Shown one piece after another: positions 19,201-20,931 of a stretch of 20,931 bases of DNA (the stretch's first letter is position 1; each line of letters starts with the position of its first letter). The stretch is from Albugo candida (Eukaryota). The stretch covers positions 62,001-82,931 of the forward strand of contig JBDOQK010000084.1 in the NCBI GenBank assembly GCA_040437565.1, in the 5' to 3' direction. Below the pieces are notes generated by a model. That model was not told the DNA's origin. It searched no databases and was given only the letters and a program-made list of their open reading frames with translations. Both the position numbers and the translations under genes were made by a program.

Positions 19201-20931
19201 TCGAATATTGATGCAGAAAGCGTTTATAAACCACTTCGTCCAATTCCAACATGGGGTTCGTTTTTGTGATTCCAGGTATAATTTCTGTGATAAGATATTT
19301 TGACAAAATATGAAAACTATACCTAAACTCTAAAGTTTACACATTCTTGAGTGTCTCATTGTTGGTTCATTAACTTAACAATGGCACACACTCTGCAAAG
19401 TACCACGCGGAATTAAGTTAGTACATATAAGAAGAAAGGGATGACTAAGGGGGACACGGTGCTGCGACGTACCTAGCCAAGATTGTTTAAGGGCAGTTCT
19501 CTATGATATGAGAAACGTTCAATGGGGTACGTTTCACAAATGTATAGAATCATGTACCAGATTATTTGGAGTGGCGCCGGTTGTCGCCAGTGGCTGAAAG
19601 AGGCGTAGAGCTATATCTGGTAACTAACACGAATGCCGACGGCGACGCCTACGTTGGGAAGACACAAGAGCCTAGTTTTAGCTGTTCGTCAGGTGGTTGT
19701 GCAGACGAGCAGGCATAATGCATAATGCTACTCACATGACTGCGCGAGTCGAGAAGACAAATCAAGTGCGCTGAATAAGTACGGATAAAATCTCGAACGG
19801 AGATTTCGTGTCCAATCAAGTGACCATAGACACTAAAAAGTGGTGTATGTCGATCCTGAGCGCAGGTCCGAAGTCCTTTTTTGCGTATGAAAGAGGATGT
19901 GAGCAGCCATATACGTTAGTGCCACCCTCATGCGACGCTTCGGGTCTTGTCTTGGCCTTATACGCAGTGAGTCACGGTAAAGCGTCTTTATACGTCCCGT
20001 TACTCGACTCGGCTCACCAGTTCATCTTTGATAAGGTTTACGGAGCCATTCCATCTGAGCTACCGAACATGCCGGCTGGCGGGCTTCGGTTGACGTACTA
20101 GAATTGTGTCTACACGTAGGTCTGACTCTCCAACTAAAGGATCAACTTCTCGAGGAATCCGTGCGCAATAATAGTTCATTTTGTCATGGTTACACGAAAT
20201 GTGCTATCGCGGATACATGCACATTCCGTGTTCTTGAGGAAAAATTACTTCCCCGGTAGGTATCATATGCAAGGTTTGCATTCATGGGCTTCGCACGTTT
20301 GATATCAATTTTGATGGCAAATTTATGGAGCACGAGAATAATAGGCTCTTTTCTATCGCTTTCCTCAAGAACAGCAACATTGCGATCGGTGTACTGGCAT
20401 CATAGCGTCTATAATAGTCGGCAAGTCACATCAATTTTTTGATTGTAGCGGCCTTTTGTGAGTAAGGCAAGATGAATGGCAGTTGGCCATGGAGACTGTA
20501 GTTTCTGCTATTCTTCATAGAGGCGACAGCACTCGTCATCCTGATTCTAAAATGGTCGCACTTTGGGAATAAAGTAGAAGCAGGTGACATCTCTCACTTC
20601 GCTGAAGTTCGTTACATACTCGAGAACACTAATTCCAAGTTTCTCACTCGGACACCTAACTAATAGGCGTGAAAGCTGTCCAAGTCACTAAACCGTACAT
20701 CGCTGAGACAAAGAGCCACTTCTCAATTTGCCGGCTACTAAGTAACCCGCCAATTTAGTAAAAACAACTCGAAAAAACAACTTTTTTCACCTCTTTCCTT
20801 TCAAAAACAATGGTTCAAGTCGACATATCGACACAACCAAGGGTGCTAGCGTCCACTTGTACTGACGTGGCAACCCTCATGAGTCACCCTGTTTTGGGTG
20901 ATTGTATGATTGTTGATCAGTCATCACCCCT

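Noticed and set aside
1..20931. Prokaryotic systems (CRISPR array, operons, rRNA)
   Set aside because: No regularly spaced repeats, very low coding density, and spliceosomal introns indicate eukaryotic DNA.

Overview
AT-rich, gene-sparse eukaryotic DNA with short GT-AG introns and no operon-like ORF packing. A signal peptide followed by CHxC/CxxCxxxxxG points to an Albugo (white blister rust oomycete) genome; this is inference from one protein family. Four elements are supportable. (1) 5615-7831 (+): a decayed two-intron IS630/Tc1/mariner-type DDE transposase. (2) 9290-8668 (-): a three-exon secreted-protein gene that the ORF track splits, with a Cys-patterned, possibly saposin-like C-terminus. 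(3) 13573-13330 (-): a 244-bp tRNA-derived SINE with Pol III A/B boxes, a run of adjacent hairpins and an exact 16-bp target-site duplication. (4) 16249-14183 (-): a CCG (CHxC) effector that reconstructs to about 688 aa with five CxxC(L/I) modules but is broken by two compensating frameshifts and a stop, leaving a 398-aa ORF with an intact N-terminus. Most other short ORFs are not supportable as genes.
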